Shown here: positions 26,259 to 35,278 of the stretch, piece after piece
Position numbering within the stretch: position 1 is the stretch's first letter
How the letters are laid out: every line of letters begins with the position of its first letter
Source: a virus
Taxonomy: Duplodnaviria > Caudoviricetes
Virus record (IMG/VR): IMGVR_UViG_3300049489_000263
Coordinates: 1 to 52,739 of that record
DNA: 52,739 nt
Strand: one strand, 5' to 3'
Made by a program: the position numbers and the translations under genes
Notes under the pieces: generated by a model
Told to the model about the DNA's origin: nothing
The model's input: the letters and a program-made list of their open reading frames with translations, nothing else
Database searches by the model: none

Positions 26259-26290
26259 GTTAACTTATACTGCTATCTGATACCGTATCA
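26259..26290 (+). promoter_or_regulatory. Conserved phage promoter copy C
   Basis: GTTAACTTAT-ACTG-CTATC-TGATACCGTATCA just upstream of the primase RBS (GAGGAGG). Confidence 0.72.
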
Positions 26291-26310
26291 GTCGAGAGGA
26301 GGTTTGATAC

Positions 26311-28968
26311 TTGTACCCAACTCGTACGCAGGCCATCAAGGCCATGCTAGAAAGGCTGACACATGCTGACCTGGCGAACCTCTACAATCATGATATGGAG
26401 GTTCAAGTCAACGTAGCGCAAGACGACGGTACTCGCGTTGATCGCGAGTACAGGGGCCGTAAGCTACACTGTTGGACAGATGGCGTTACAGAATGGAAGA
26501 GTTTCCGGATTCCACTCAAGGCTAATTCTGATCCAGAGTATCAGGACTCAGCCATGAAGTGGGACCTAGCTGCCCATGCTGAAGCAATAGGACTTACAGG
26601 CTGGGACTGGAAGAACAAGGTCAGTCGTTGGGTAGCCTACGACTTCGACTCCATTCTCGGCCACGAGAAAGCTGGCCTCACGGACGAGCAGCTACGAGCT
26701 GTCCAGGACGCCGCTTCCGCCGTTGATTGGGTCACTATACGTAAGTCTACCTCTGGTCGCGGTCTCCACTTGTACGTCCATCTGGTACCGGTACCTACGT
26801 CCACACATACCGAGCATGCTGCTCTTGCCCGTGCTATATTAGGAAGATTGGCAGCACTCACAGGATATGACTTCAAGTCAAAGGTTGACGTCTGCGGCGG
26901 TGTGATGTGGGTATGGGCGCGCAAGATGCGTGGCACTGATGGGCTAGAACTTATCAAGCAGGGCACCATCCTCACAGAGGAGCCGCCTAACTGGCGAGAC
27001 CACGTGGCCGTTGTCAAAGGTACCCGCCGACGCAACCTACCCCAAGAGATCAAAGACGTTGATGCCTTCGAGCAACTCGTAGGCCAGAATCCACGTATCG
27101 AGCTTGACGACGAACACAAGCGGTTCATCCAATGGCTCAAAGAGGAAGACAAGTTCTGGTATTGGGATCAGGATAATCACCTTCTGGTCACGCACACCGC
27201 GCATGTCAAGGAAGCCCATGAAGCTCTCCAGATGCGTGGTATCTTCGACACTCTGACGCCCGCAACAGATAAGGAACATCAGAACTGCTTCTGCGCTCCA
27301 ATGCGCAAAGGCGCTTGGTCTGTGCGTCGATTTGGGCAGGGCGTCCAAGAGCACGCTTCTTGGGAACAAGACGCCTCGGGTTGGACTCGTTGTTATATCA
27401 ATAGGGTTCCCGACCTCAAGGCTGCATCCCGTGCGATGGGTGGCGTTGAGGATCCCAAAGGTGGATTCGTCTTCCGTGAAGCTGACCTAGCGGTACGGGC
27501 TGCGTCAATGATGGGTGTCGAAATCAAGATCGAGCCACGGATGGTAGCTCGTCCTGCTAAGCTACTTCCACACAAGGATGGTCGCCTAGTCATCGAGGTC
27601 GAGTCTGCCGAATCGGACGCTTCTGTTGAGGGGTGGTTGAAGAAGAAGGACACTTGGACCCAGGTCCTGAATATGCCCTTTGCAGCCAATCCTGAGCAGG
27701 ACTTCACAGCCTTGGACGAGGTGATACGCAGTATCATCACACCAACGAACGACGATGCTGGTTGGCTCGTTAAGACTGAGAAAGGCTGGATCAATCAGAC
27801 TATGGCCAATGCAAAGATGATGCTGAAATCTATGGGCTATAGCGATAAGGAACTCAACTATATCATGGGCGGAGCAGTTACCAAGCCCTGGCGTATAGTC
27901 TCTGTGCCGTTTGCTGAGGAATATCCTGGCGACCGTGAGTGGAATCAGAACTCCGCTCAGCTACGTTATAAGCCATCCGATGGTGAGGAACGTAAGATCC
28001 CAACTTGGCAAGCCCTGCTGACCCAAGCTGGCAAGGGATTGGATGCTGCTGTAGCCAGCCATCCCTGGTGTAAAGAGCATGGCCTAACGACTGGATCGGA
28101 CTATCTTAAGTGTTGGCTAGCTTCACTCATCAAGGAACCACTACAGCCATTGCCCTATTTGTTCTTCTGGTCGAAGGAACAGAACACAGGCAAGACTACA
28201 TTCAATGAATCCCTCAACATCCTATTCTCAAGAGGTCGGCAAAAGGCTGATGCTGCGCTCACTTCTCAAGCTGGCTTCAATGCAGAATTGCAGGGAGCAA
28301 TCGTTTGCGTTGTGGAAGAAATCAATCTCGGCCAGAATGCCACAGCCTATAATAGGATCAAGGATTGGGTCACGGCAAAAGAGATATGTATTCATCCGAA
28401 GGGCGGAACTCCTTACCATGTCCCGAACACAACGCATTGGATCCAAACCGCCAATGATTACTCGTATTGCCCGATATTCCCTGGAGATACTCGCATCACT
28501 GTTATTCATGTGCCTCCTCTTGATCCTATATCCGCTATGCCTCGCAAGGTATTCGATACAAGACTTGAGCAAGAGGCTGCGGACTTTCTTGCTGAACTGC
28601 TTGCCCTAGAGCTTCCGCCTCCGTGTGACCGACTCAACATACCGGTCATCGACACCGAGGATAAGCAGATCACTGCACAGATCAATGCCAACATGCTGGA
28701 ACGATTCTGTGAGGAGAACATCATACCTGCTCCAGGGTATAGCATCAAGTTCGGTGAGTTGTATGACCGATTCCAAGAATACGCTGGCGTCGAGCACCAG
28801 AAGTGGTCGCGCATCCGCGTGACACGTGAAATCACCTACCTCAAAGGTAAGAGTCGTAAGGACGCACAGATCCACTTAGCCAATGTCGGCTGGCGAGGTC
28901 AATGCGATACTCCTATGACCTTTCATTACGAGGTCAGCGATAACATGCTAGTGGAGGTACCCATATGA
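26311..28968 (+). CDS. Primase-helicase (AEP/PrimPol N-terminus + NrS-1-like SF3 helicase)
   Basis: AYDFD and KSTSGRGLHLY AEP motifs; Walker A QNTGKTT, Walker B VVEE, KDWVT, TAN. Confidence 0.88.
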   Translation: MYPTRTQAIKAMLERLTHADLANLYNHDMEVQVNVAQDDGTRVDREYRGRKLHCWTDGVTEWKSFRIPLKANSDPEYQDSAMKWDLAAHAEAIGLTGWDWKNKVSRWVAYDFDSILGHEKAGLTDEQLRAVQDAASAVDWVTIRKSTSGRGLHLYVHLVPVPTSTHTEHAALARAILGRLAALTGYDFKSKVDVCGGVMWVWARKMRGTDGLELIKQGTILTEEPPNWRDHVAVVKGTRRRNLPQEIKDVDAFEQLVGQNPRIELDDEHKRFIQWLKEEDKFWYWDQDNHLLVTHTAHVKEAHEALQMRGIFDTLTPATDKEHQNCFCAPMRKGAWSVRRFGQGVQEHASWEQDASGWTRCYINRVPDLKAASRAMGGVEDPKGGFVFREADLAVRAASMMGVEIKIEPRMVARPAKLLPHKDGRLVIEVESAESDASVEGWLKKKDTWTQVLNMPFAANPEQDFTALDEVIRSIITPTNDDAGWLVKTEKGWINQTMANAKMMLKSMGYSDKELNYIMGGAVTKPWRIVSVPFAEEYPGDREWNQNSAQLRYKPSDGEERKIPTWQALLTQAGKGLDAAVASHPWCKEHGLTTGSDYLKCWLASLIKEPLQPLPYLFFWSKEQNTGKTTFNESLNILFSRGRQKADAALTSQAGFNAELQGAIVCVVEEINLGQNATAYNRIKDWVTAKEICIHPKGGTPYHVPNTTHWIQTANDYSYCPIFPGDTRITVIHVPPLDPISAMPRKVFDTRLEQEAADFLAELLALELPPPCDRLNIPVIDTEDKQITAQINANMLERFCEENIIPAPGYSIKFGELYDRFQEYAGVEHQKWSRIRVTREITYLKGKSRKDAQIHLANVGWRGQCDTPMTFHYEVSDNMLVEVPI

Positions 28969-29198
28969 TACGCAGTATCTTCGCTCAGGTTGATGAGTCC
29001 GACAAGGTCGCGCTCATCAAGGCCCTGAGCGAACAGCGTACCTACCTAGCTAAGCTGCCAGGTGGCAGGTTCCTAGGAGTGTACGTCATGCCATCAGACA
29101 CGCTTACTATCATACACCAGGAGTGGCCATGGGCATTCGGACAGCTACACGCAAATACAAGTGCCACGACTGCCGATTCGAATGGGTCCAGTCCGTAG
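28965..29198 (+). CDS. Hypothetical protein
   Basis: ATGA overlap, GGAGG RBS. Confidence 0.6.
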   Translation: MIRSIFAQVDESDKVALIKALSEQRTYLAKLPGGRFLGVYVMPSDTLTIIHQEWPWAFGQLHANTSATTADSNGSSP

Positions 29199-29497
29199 CG
29201 ATATCTAAGTTGGACTCATTCGTCGTCTGCCCTAATTGTGAATCAGAACGTGGCGATGCTATACAGGAAGCCTACGGGCAATTGGATCTAACTGTTAAGA
29301 CCCAAGACCTTAAGTTATTGAAGAACTCTCTGGCGCAGCATATGGCTACGCTAGCTATTGCATTATTGGAGTCGGCACCATTGACCAAGCTATTGGAGCG
29401 TGGTCTGGACACCTTGACTCTAACCATTCTTGTCGGAGGACAACATGATCCTGGGAATCAGCGGGACGATGTACAGCGGGAAGTCAACCGCAGCTAA
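29123..29497 (+). CDS. Zinc-ribbon protein
   Basis: YKCHDC...CPNCES. Confidence 0.55.
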   Translation: MAMGIRTATRKYKCHDCRFEWVQSVAISKLDSFVVCPNCESERGDAIQEAYGQLDLTVKTQDLKLLKNSLAQHMATLAIALLESAPLTKLLERGLDTLTLTILVGGQHDPGNQRDDVQREVNRS

Positions 29498-29936
29498 TTT
29501 GCTTGAACAGCGCGCCCTAGAGGCCGGTCGTCCCGTAGTTAGGCTGCCGTTTGCTAAGGCCGTCAAGGAACTGGCCCTCTCATTGGGCTGGGATGGTCAC
29601 AAGGATGCCAAGGGTAGGCATGTCCTCCAGCATTTGGGCACGGACGTGTGCCGATCTATTGATAATGACTACTGGATCAAGAAGTGGCTCCTACAGTTGC
29701 CACATGACCTCACCAATACACTCGTCATAGCCGATGACGTGCGCTTCCCGAACGAGGTTGCAGCCATCCATTCCCTGGGCGGTAAGGTGATCGAGATCCG
29801 GCGCTTTGGATGGTTGAAGCGTTGGTGGATCGGCCGGAAGCATAGGTCCGAGCGCGGCATCAAGGCTGATATCGTTATACCGAACCGTGGCACCATGGAT
29901 GCCATGGCCAAACTGTTGTTCGAGACCTTGCCATGA
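29445..29936 (+). CDS. Deoxynucleoside monophosphate kinase
   Basis: GISGTMYSGKST, FAKAVK, LQHLGTD, DDVRFPNE, HRSE. Confidence 0.9.
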   Translation: MILGISGTMYSGKSTAANLLEQRALEAGRPVVRLPFAKAVKELALSLGWDGHKDAKGRHVLQHLGTDVCRSIDNDYWIKKWLLQLPHDLTNTLVIADDVRFPNEVAAIHSLGGKVIEIRRFGWLKRWWIGRKHRSERGIKADIVIPNRGTMDAMAKLLFETLP

Positions 29937-30355
29937 TGCCAGCTGCGCGCGAAGCTGCGCAACTATCAAATGATCCAAACACCAAAGTAGGGTGCGTGAT
30001 ATCTGGTATCAAGGGTGGGGCTAGTGGCTACAACTATTTGATCAAGGAAGGCATGACTCGCGATCCGGACGGGCATGGCTTCACGAAGTACGACTATGCT
30101 ATCCACGCTGAGATGCACGCTCTTGGTAACTACTTAACACAGATAGGTACCCCGAGCGGAGACGAAGTAGTGTATGTCACGCATATCCCCTGCGCGAATT
30201 GTATCAAACATTTGGCCTTCTACAATCTGAAACATCTAGCCATCTGCCTAGAAGGTAAGACCCATTCGCTGGAGGAGGGCCGCTCGTTGTGGCTCCTACA
30301 TGATTTGGGATTCTCGATATCATGGATAGCTGGGAGGAAGCTTCGTGGACCTTGA
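29933..30355 (+). CDS. dCMP deaminase-like
   Basis: S.DPNTKVGCVI, HAE, PCANC. Confidence 0.88.
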   Translation: MMPAAREAAQLSNDPNTKVGCVISGIKGGASGYNYLIKEGMTRDPDGHGFTKYDYAIHAEMHALGNYLTQIGTPSGDEVVYVTHIPCANCIKHLAFYNLKHLAICLEGKTHSLEEGRSLWLLHDLGFSISWIAGRKLRGP

Positions 30356-31205
30356 AGAACTTGAGTCCCTGTCCTTAGACGACGTGCCACGGAGCCAGAT
30401 CATCAAGGCACCGTTTGGTTGGCCTGGCGGTAAGAGTAAGTCCTTGGACTACATCTTGCCGCGCTTGCCTTATCGCGAACGATACGTGGAGGTCTTCGGC
30501 GGCTCTGGCGCAGTGCTGCTCGCCAGGCGACCGTGCAAGTGCGAGGTCTTCAATGACGCATACAGCGGCGTCACAGATTTTTACCGCACTCTCCAGTCCG
30601 ATCGGTATACCGATCTTGTAGGCTGGATACAGTCCACGCTACACGGCCGAGAGCTATTCAACCACTACCGGGACACTTGGGCAGATATCAAAGATCCGTT
30701 TGAACGGGCGTGCAGATGGTTCTATATGGTCAAGGCCAGTTTCAGCGGCCTGGGCCGACAGTACGGGCGTTCGCTGACAAATAATGCCTTCGTCAATAAG
30801 CTCTACAATTGCTTGGGTGATCTAGCTGGTGTCCATGAGCGGCTCAAGGGCGTGTGTATCGAAAATGCCGACTGGCGAAAGATCCTTCAAGATTACGACT
30901 CACCCCAGACGGTCTTCTATCTGGACCCTCCGTACGTGGATGCGTACTCTGGTACGTACCAGAATGAACTGACCATCCAAGACCATAAAGAGCTTATCGC
31001 CACCATCAGCCGACTCCAGGGCTTCGTGGCCGTATCTGGATATTCGAATCCGCTCTATGAGGCGGTTGATTGGGATGCTCGCTACGAGTGGGACGTGAAG
31101 GTTTGGATCGACGGTGGGGCCTCAACTGCTTCAAACAATAAAGAGCATTTGGATGCCAACCGTTCTAAAAGTACAACCAAGGAGGTCCTATGGGTGAAAG
31201 CCTGA
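30345..31205 (+). CDS. D12-class (Dam-like) N6-adenine DNA methyltransferase
   Basis: WPGGK, YVEVFGGSG, EVFND, LDPPY. Confidence 0.93.
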   Translation: MDLEELESLSLDDVPRSQIIKAPFGWPGGKSKSLDYILPRLPYRERYVEVFGGSGAVLLARRPCKCEVFNDAYSGVTDFYRTLQSDRYTDLVGWIQSTLHGRELFNHYRDTWADIKDPFERACRWFYMVKASFSGLGRQYGRSLTNNAFVNKLYNCLGDLAGVHERLKGVCIENADWRKILQDYDSPQTVFYLDPPYVDAYSGTYQNELTIQDHKELIATISRLQGFVAVSGYSNPLYEAVDWDARYEWDVKVWIDGGASTASNNKEHLDANRSKSTTKEVLWVKA

Positions 31206-31768
31206 TCTCGTGTATCGAACGCCTGGCTATGGAGAGTAGCGCAGAATATCTGCTAGCCAGCCCAAAGGCAGAGTATGTTCCTAATCGGCTGGTCCACTTG
31301 ATCCGGGCTGCCAAGCGGCCTAGGCCGCCAGGACTCTGCTTGGAGTTCGGCGTTGGTCATGGTGGCAGCTTGGGGCTCCTCCAGAAGGAGGTCGGCCCAA
31401 CGGTGGGCTTCGACTCATTCAAGGGATTGCCCGAGGATTGGCGGCCTGGATTCCCAGCTGGGTCGTTCGCGTGCGAGCCTCCCAAGTTGCCTGACCTAGT
31501 GATCGGCCGTATCGAGGACACGTTGCCAAAGTTTGTCGAGGCCAATTCGACGCCATGGTCGTTCGTCCATATCGATGTTGACCTCTACTCGCCGACCGCC
31601 CTGATACTCGAAATCGGGCTATGGCAAGTAGGGTCGATCATTGTGTTTGACGAGCATCATGGGTATCCTGGCTGGCAACTCCACGAAGCCTCAGCCCTTT
31701 CAGAGTGGCCTGTCAAGTATGAAGTGATATCGTATAGCGAACAACAACTAGCCATAAGGATCAGATGA
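31190..31768 (+). CDS. TylF/MycF-like SAM-dependent O-methyltransferase
   Basis: LEFGVGHGGS, GFDSFKGLPE, HIDVDLY, IVFDE. Confidence 0.85.
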   Translation: MGESLISCIERLAMESSAEYLLASPKAEYVPNRLVHLIRAAKRPRPPGLCLEFGVGHGGSLGLLQKEVGPTVGFDSFKGLPEDWRPGFPAGSFACEPPKLPDLVIGRIEDTLPKFVEANSTPWSFVHIDVDLYSPTALILEIGLWQVGSIIVFDEHHGYPGWQLHEASALSEWPVKYEVISYSEQQLAIRIR

Positions 31769-32526
31769 AGAACTCGCCTCCAACGATGCAGCATTTCAAT
31801 GGGAACCCTTGCTGCGTCATCGACACCGAGACCTCTGGTTTGGATTCCACGTTCCACGAGATACTCGAAATCGCCATAGTCCCGCTGGACTACAATTTCG
31901 AGCCGTGGAAAGGATGCTTGCCATTTTACCTCCGCATGAAACCAAATCACCCCGAGAGAATATCTCCCGAGGCGATTAGGATCAACAAATTGGATGTGGC
32001 CAAGTGCATCGCCAATGGCGTCGATCAGGAAGCCGGCTCAGAGCTTCTGCAAGAGTGGATCCGCAAGTTGAACATTCCGGCCAACAAGTATGGTTCTCCG
32101 AACCGGATCATGCCGTTGGGCCAGAACTATCAGTTCGACAAAGGTTTCATCCAGCAGTGGCTCGGGCCGGCGACGTATGATAGTATGTTTCACTATCACT
32201 ATCGAGATACGATGGTATCCGCCCTGGCTATGAATGATCGAGCCGGCTACTATGCCGAGCGGATTCCGTTCCCCAAAGTCAACCTCCAGTACCTAGCTAC
32301 GACGTTGGGCGTTAAGACCTTGGGAGCGCATAATGCACTGCATGACGCACTCACGACTGCTAGGGTGTATCAGAAATTGATGAAGTACCGCGAGGATTGG
32401 GCGTTACCCAACGGTGGGGCACTCCTTCCAGTACCTCCAGAATTAGCTGTCGATGATGCACAAGATCAGGATTATTGGAACCGTCTCGACCAACTGGCGC
32501 GTACGAACGACACCCACGTGTTATAG
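31765..32526 (+). CDS. DEDDh 3'-5' exonuclease (DnaQ-like)
   Basis: IDTETSG, GQNYQFD, HNALHDA. Confidence 0.9.
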   Translation: MKNSPPTMQHFNGNPCCVIDTETSGLDSTFHEILEIAIVPLDYNFEPWKGCLPFYLRMKPNHPERISPEAIRINKLDVAKCIANGVDQEAGSELLQEWIRKLNIPANKYGSPNRIMPLGQNYQFDKGFIQQWLGPATYDSMFHYHYRDTMVSALAMNDRAGYYAERIPFPKVNLQYLATTLGVKTLGAHNALHDALTTARVYQKLMKYREDWALPNGGALLPVPPELAVDDAQDQDYWNRLDQLARTNDTHVL

Positions 32527-33070
32527 CGTCGAAACAATATAGTGAAATGCTCTTAGCGCCCGCCGCCTTGCAAATTGCAATGGCGTGTCGGGCGCTAAGG
32601 TTTTTGGTGCGATCTGCATCGAACACATATACCGGGCGACCCTTGTAGAGGTAGGCTGCGTATGTGCTGGCCAGGATGGGTATTTGGGCGTCAATATACG
32701 GGGCCGTAGAATGGTCAGTCTGGATGCCCATAGTCCTAGGATGCAGCTTGGCCACAACATTAGCTGACCAGTTGATACCTATAGCCACGTCATCGTCTAT
32801 AGCCTTCAAGTGGTTCAGCGACTCGCCGCGTCCAACGATGGCCACCGACTTACCGGCTAACGCAGCGTAGATATTCGATATCGCCAGACCGGTCCATTGT
32901 GGCAACCACCTACTTTCTCCGGCTATACGAACACACTGCTTATCGAGGTAGGTCTCAAGCTCTTTATTAGGGCGAACGAGCAGGATGCTGCCGTCAGCTA
33001 AGCGCCTGAACTTGACCTTATGCCTAACTTCCAGATCGGCAATGAACTGGCCTTGTCTATCGACACTCAT
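32360..33070 (-). CDS. Maf/DUF115- or sialyltransferase-like putative glycosyltransferase
   Basis: GKSVAIVGRGESL, IGIN, GAKSISLYCFD. Confidence 0.6.
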   Translation of the reverse strand: MSVDRQGQFIADLEVRHKVKFRRLADGSILLVRPNKELETYLDKQCVRIAGESRWLPQWTGLAISNIYAALAGKSVAIVGRGESLNHLKAIDDDVAIGINWSANVVAKLHPRTMGIQTDHSTAPYIDAQIPILASTYAAYLYKGRPVYVFDADRTKNLSARHAIAICKAAGAKSISLYCFDAITRGCRSYAPVGRDGSNNPDLVHHRQLILEVLEGVPHRWVTPNPRGTSSISDTP

Positions 33071-33323
33071 GGCAAATGGCCCTCGTTATCTGTTGGTTCT
33101 TCTGGGTACACCATGGACGCTCGCGTAAGCAACATTCGGTCCTCACCTGCTGCATGATCCTATGTGGACATGGCCTCATTGAGAGGATGCACACGTATGG
33201 ATCCCCAGGGTCTGGCTCGTAGCCTTCTGGGGGTATAGGTGGCCGACCGCGATGGGCATAGACTAGTGAGCCATCTGGCAGCCTCCGCGCTCTGTTACCA
33301 CTTGTCTGCTGGGCAAGCCTCAT
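33057..33323 (-). CDS. Small Cys-rich protein
   Basis: PPEGYE.DPGD, several Cys; coupled to neighbours. Confidence 0.55.
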   Translation of the reverse strand: MRLAQQTSGNRARRLPDGSLVYAHRGRPPIPPEGYEPDPGDPYVCILSMRPCPHRIMQQVRTECCLRERPWCTQKNQQITRAICHECR

Positions 33324-34146
33324 ACGCAAGTCGCTGCTTGAGTCCAAGGTAGCAGCCGCACTTGAGGCATCGGTCTGGTCGGCTGAAGTTGCAAGCATTG
33401 CAGATGTCCTTTCTTGATCGGACGGTAGGCTCTGTGGCCTCTATATTACCTAGGATATTCGGTATCGCCCTCGCTAAGGATGCAACCATCTGGAACAACC
33501 CTGGCGCGGGAGTATATTGATGTTGTTCAGGACCCATCACCAACGTACCGTGTTGGCCCTTGAAGACTAGCGTATCTCCAGTCGTCAAGCCCAAGCGATC
33601 ACACGTGGCCTGATATCCGGTATCAAGTGCCAGCGAAGCTGCCGCGTCAAGGTCCCCACCTACTGAATCCGCTGTTAGTATGATGCGTTGGAAGTAGTCT
33701 TCGACAGCTCGCTGTGGGTCGCCATGCACAGCCCGTACCCAGGAACGGTTCCAAGCCTTGAGTCTCTGGAAGTCCTCAGCCAGATACTCGTCGCCAGGCT
33801 TATTGAACACCAAGATGGTAGCGATGTCCATCAGTCCAGCTTTGTAGGCTGTCAGTAGATTGTCTGTGACCACAAGCCGTGCATACCTGATGTCTAACAT
33901 ATCGGGCACGCCGTTCACGTCAACAAATACGTCGTACTGACTTGGCCAACACAATACAGGCTTGCTCCCACAAGGGCCTGCATAGTGCAGGCCCTCTTTC
34001 GTTTCACGAGTTAGGTTACAAGCAGGATAGAGGTACGGATCACTCGTGATGCAGATTGTGTCCTCTGGCTTAACTACGTCATGGAGCCAAGGCAAGTAGC
34101 CGTAGTAGTACCAAATGCTGTCTGGGCTGTAGGGAGCGTAGATCAT
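33295..34146 (-). CDS. Hypothetical protein, possible glycosyltransferase-like N-terminus + C-terminal Cys-rich domain
   Basis: RKDICNAC...CLKCGC.L..K......CP..KW; LVVTDN...YKAGLMDIATILVF loosely resembles GT9. Confidence 0.6.
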   Translation of the reverse strand: MIYAPYSPDSIWYYYGYLPWLHDVVKPEDTICITSDPYLYPACNLTRETKEGLHYAGPCGSKPVLCWPSQYDVFVDVNGVPDMLDIRYARLVVTDNLLTAYKAGLMDIATILVFNKPGDEYLAEDFQRLKAWNRSWVRAVHGDPQRAVEDYFQRIILTADSVGGDLDAAASLALDTGYQATCDRLGLTTGDTLVFKGQHGTLVMGPEQHQYTPAPGLFQMVASLARAIPNILGNIEATEPTVRSRKDICNACNFSRPDRCLKCGCYLGLKQRLAYEACPADKW

Positions 34147-35270
34147 GCGTCACCGAAGACAGGCATCCACCATACGATACCCTTCTTCGGATGCGTGATC
34201 CAGAGGGCCTGTTGTGGAGCCTCGTAGGAGAAGTTGTTCTTGTAAGCGTACTCGTCATAGCCTTTCAAGCTACCTCCTGCTATCAGACCTCCATACTGTG
34301 CGGTCTGGTGCCAATGGCCGAAGACGAGATAGTCATATCCTCGGCCCACCGCTGCCTCACGCTTACGCTTCCGGTAGTCACCAATCATCCACGGCGCTAG
34401 GGCTCCTTGGATGCCTCCACCCCCGTGGAAGCTGTCGCCATGGGTCATGTGATAGCGCCACTTGTAGACGGTCCAACTGATGTCCACGCTATCCGATACA
34501 TCGACCGTGATACGCGGATCATCAGAAACCTCTCGGCGCACAAGCTCGCCAATTAGCCAGTCCCAAGATTCGTGGGCTGCACCTTTGGCTCGCGGCTTCT
34601 TGTCCATGCGGCCGTGGTTGCCAACTACCATTGGGCAGTAGACCTTACCGAAGGCTTCCGCCAATCGACGTAGCGCCTCGGCCAATAGTGCTGAGCATTC
34701 CAGAACGGCCTTAGTCGCGGACATGGCGTTCGTCTCGCGAAGCTCGTCATGGATAGTACCGCTGAACATATCTCCACCAACCGGTACGATGATGCCTGGA
34801 TACTTGGCATCGCGTAACCTACAGGTCAGTAGGTCAATCGTAGTGTCAACGACATGGTGGACGCGCGTACGGGCTACTGATGGATTATACTGGTTGATAT
34901 TCCCAACTTGATTGGCTTGTACGACCTCTCCGTAGTGCCAATCTGTGAAGAACAGCGTAGGTGTGCCTGGAGTGTGCTTCGATTCCACTGGCTTGGTCAG
35001 CCACTCCATATTGGGCTTAGGCTGTTCCTTGATATCCGATATCAAAGTTCGGATCCAATCAGCCGTGACCGCGCGCTTCTCAGCCTCGCCCAACGCCCGT
35101 TGTAGTTCCGACACCTGTTGGCGTAGTCTGGTCTCCTCGAATGTATGATCCTTGAGCTTGACCGCCGTGACCACCTTTCGTACTTGATCTCGTGAGATCC
35201 CGAGTCGGTTGGCTGCTTCACGCAGACTCCCGGTAGCCCGGTAGGTGTCGATGATGATTGAGTCGTTCAT
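34143..35270 (-). CDS. HTH + calcineurin-like metallophosphoesterase
   Basis: SLREAANRLGISRDQV HTH; TDWHYG, GGDM, GNHG, THGD, FGHWH. Confidence 0.88.
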   Translation of the reverse strand: MNDSIIIDTYRATGSLREAANRLGISRDQVRKVVTAVKLKDHTFEETRLRQQVSELQRALGEAEKRAVTADWIRTLISDIKEQPKPNMEWLTKPVESKHTPGTPTLFFTDWHYGEVVQANQVGNINQYNPSVARTRVHHVVDTTIDLLTCRLRDAKYPGIIVPVGGDMFSGTIHDELRETNAMSATKAVLECSALLAEALRRLAEAFGKVYCPMVVGNHGRMDKKPRAKGAAHESWDWLIGELVRREVSDDPRITVDVSDSVDISWTVYKWRYHMTHGDSFHGGGGIQGALAPWMIGDYRKRKREAAVGRGYDYLVFGHWHQTAQYGGLIAGGSLKGYDEYAYKNNFSYEAPQQALWITHPKKGIVWWMPVFGDA

Positions 35271-35278
35271 CTGGTCTC

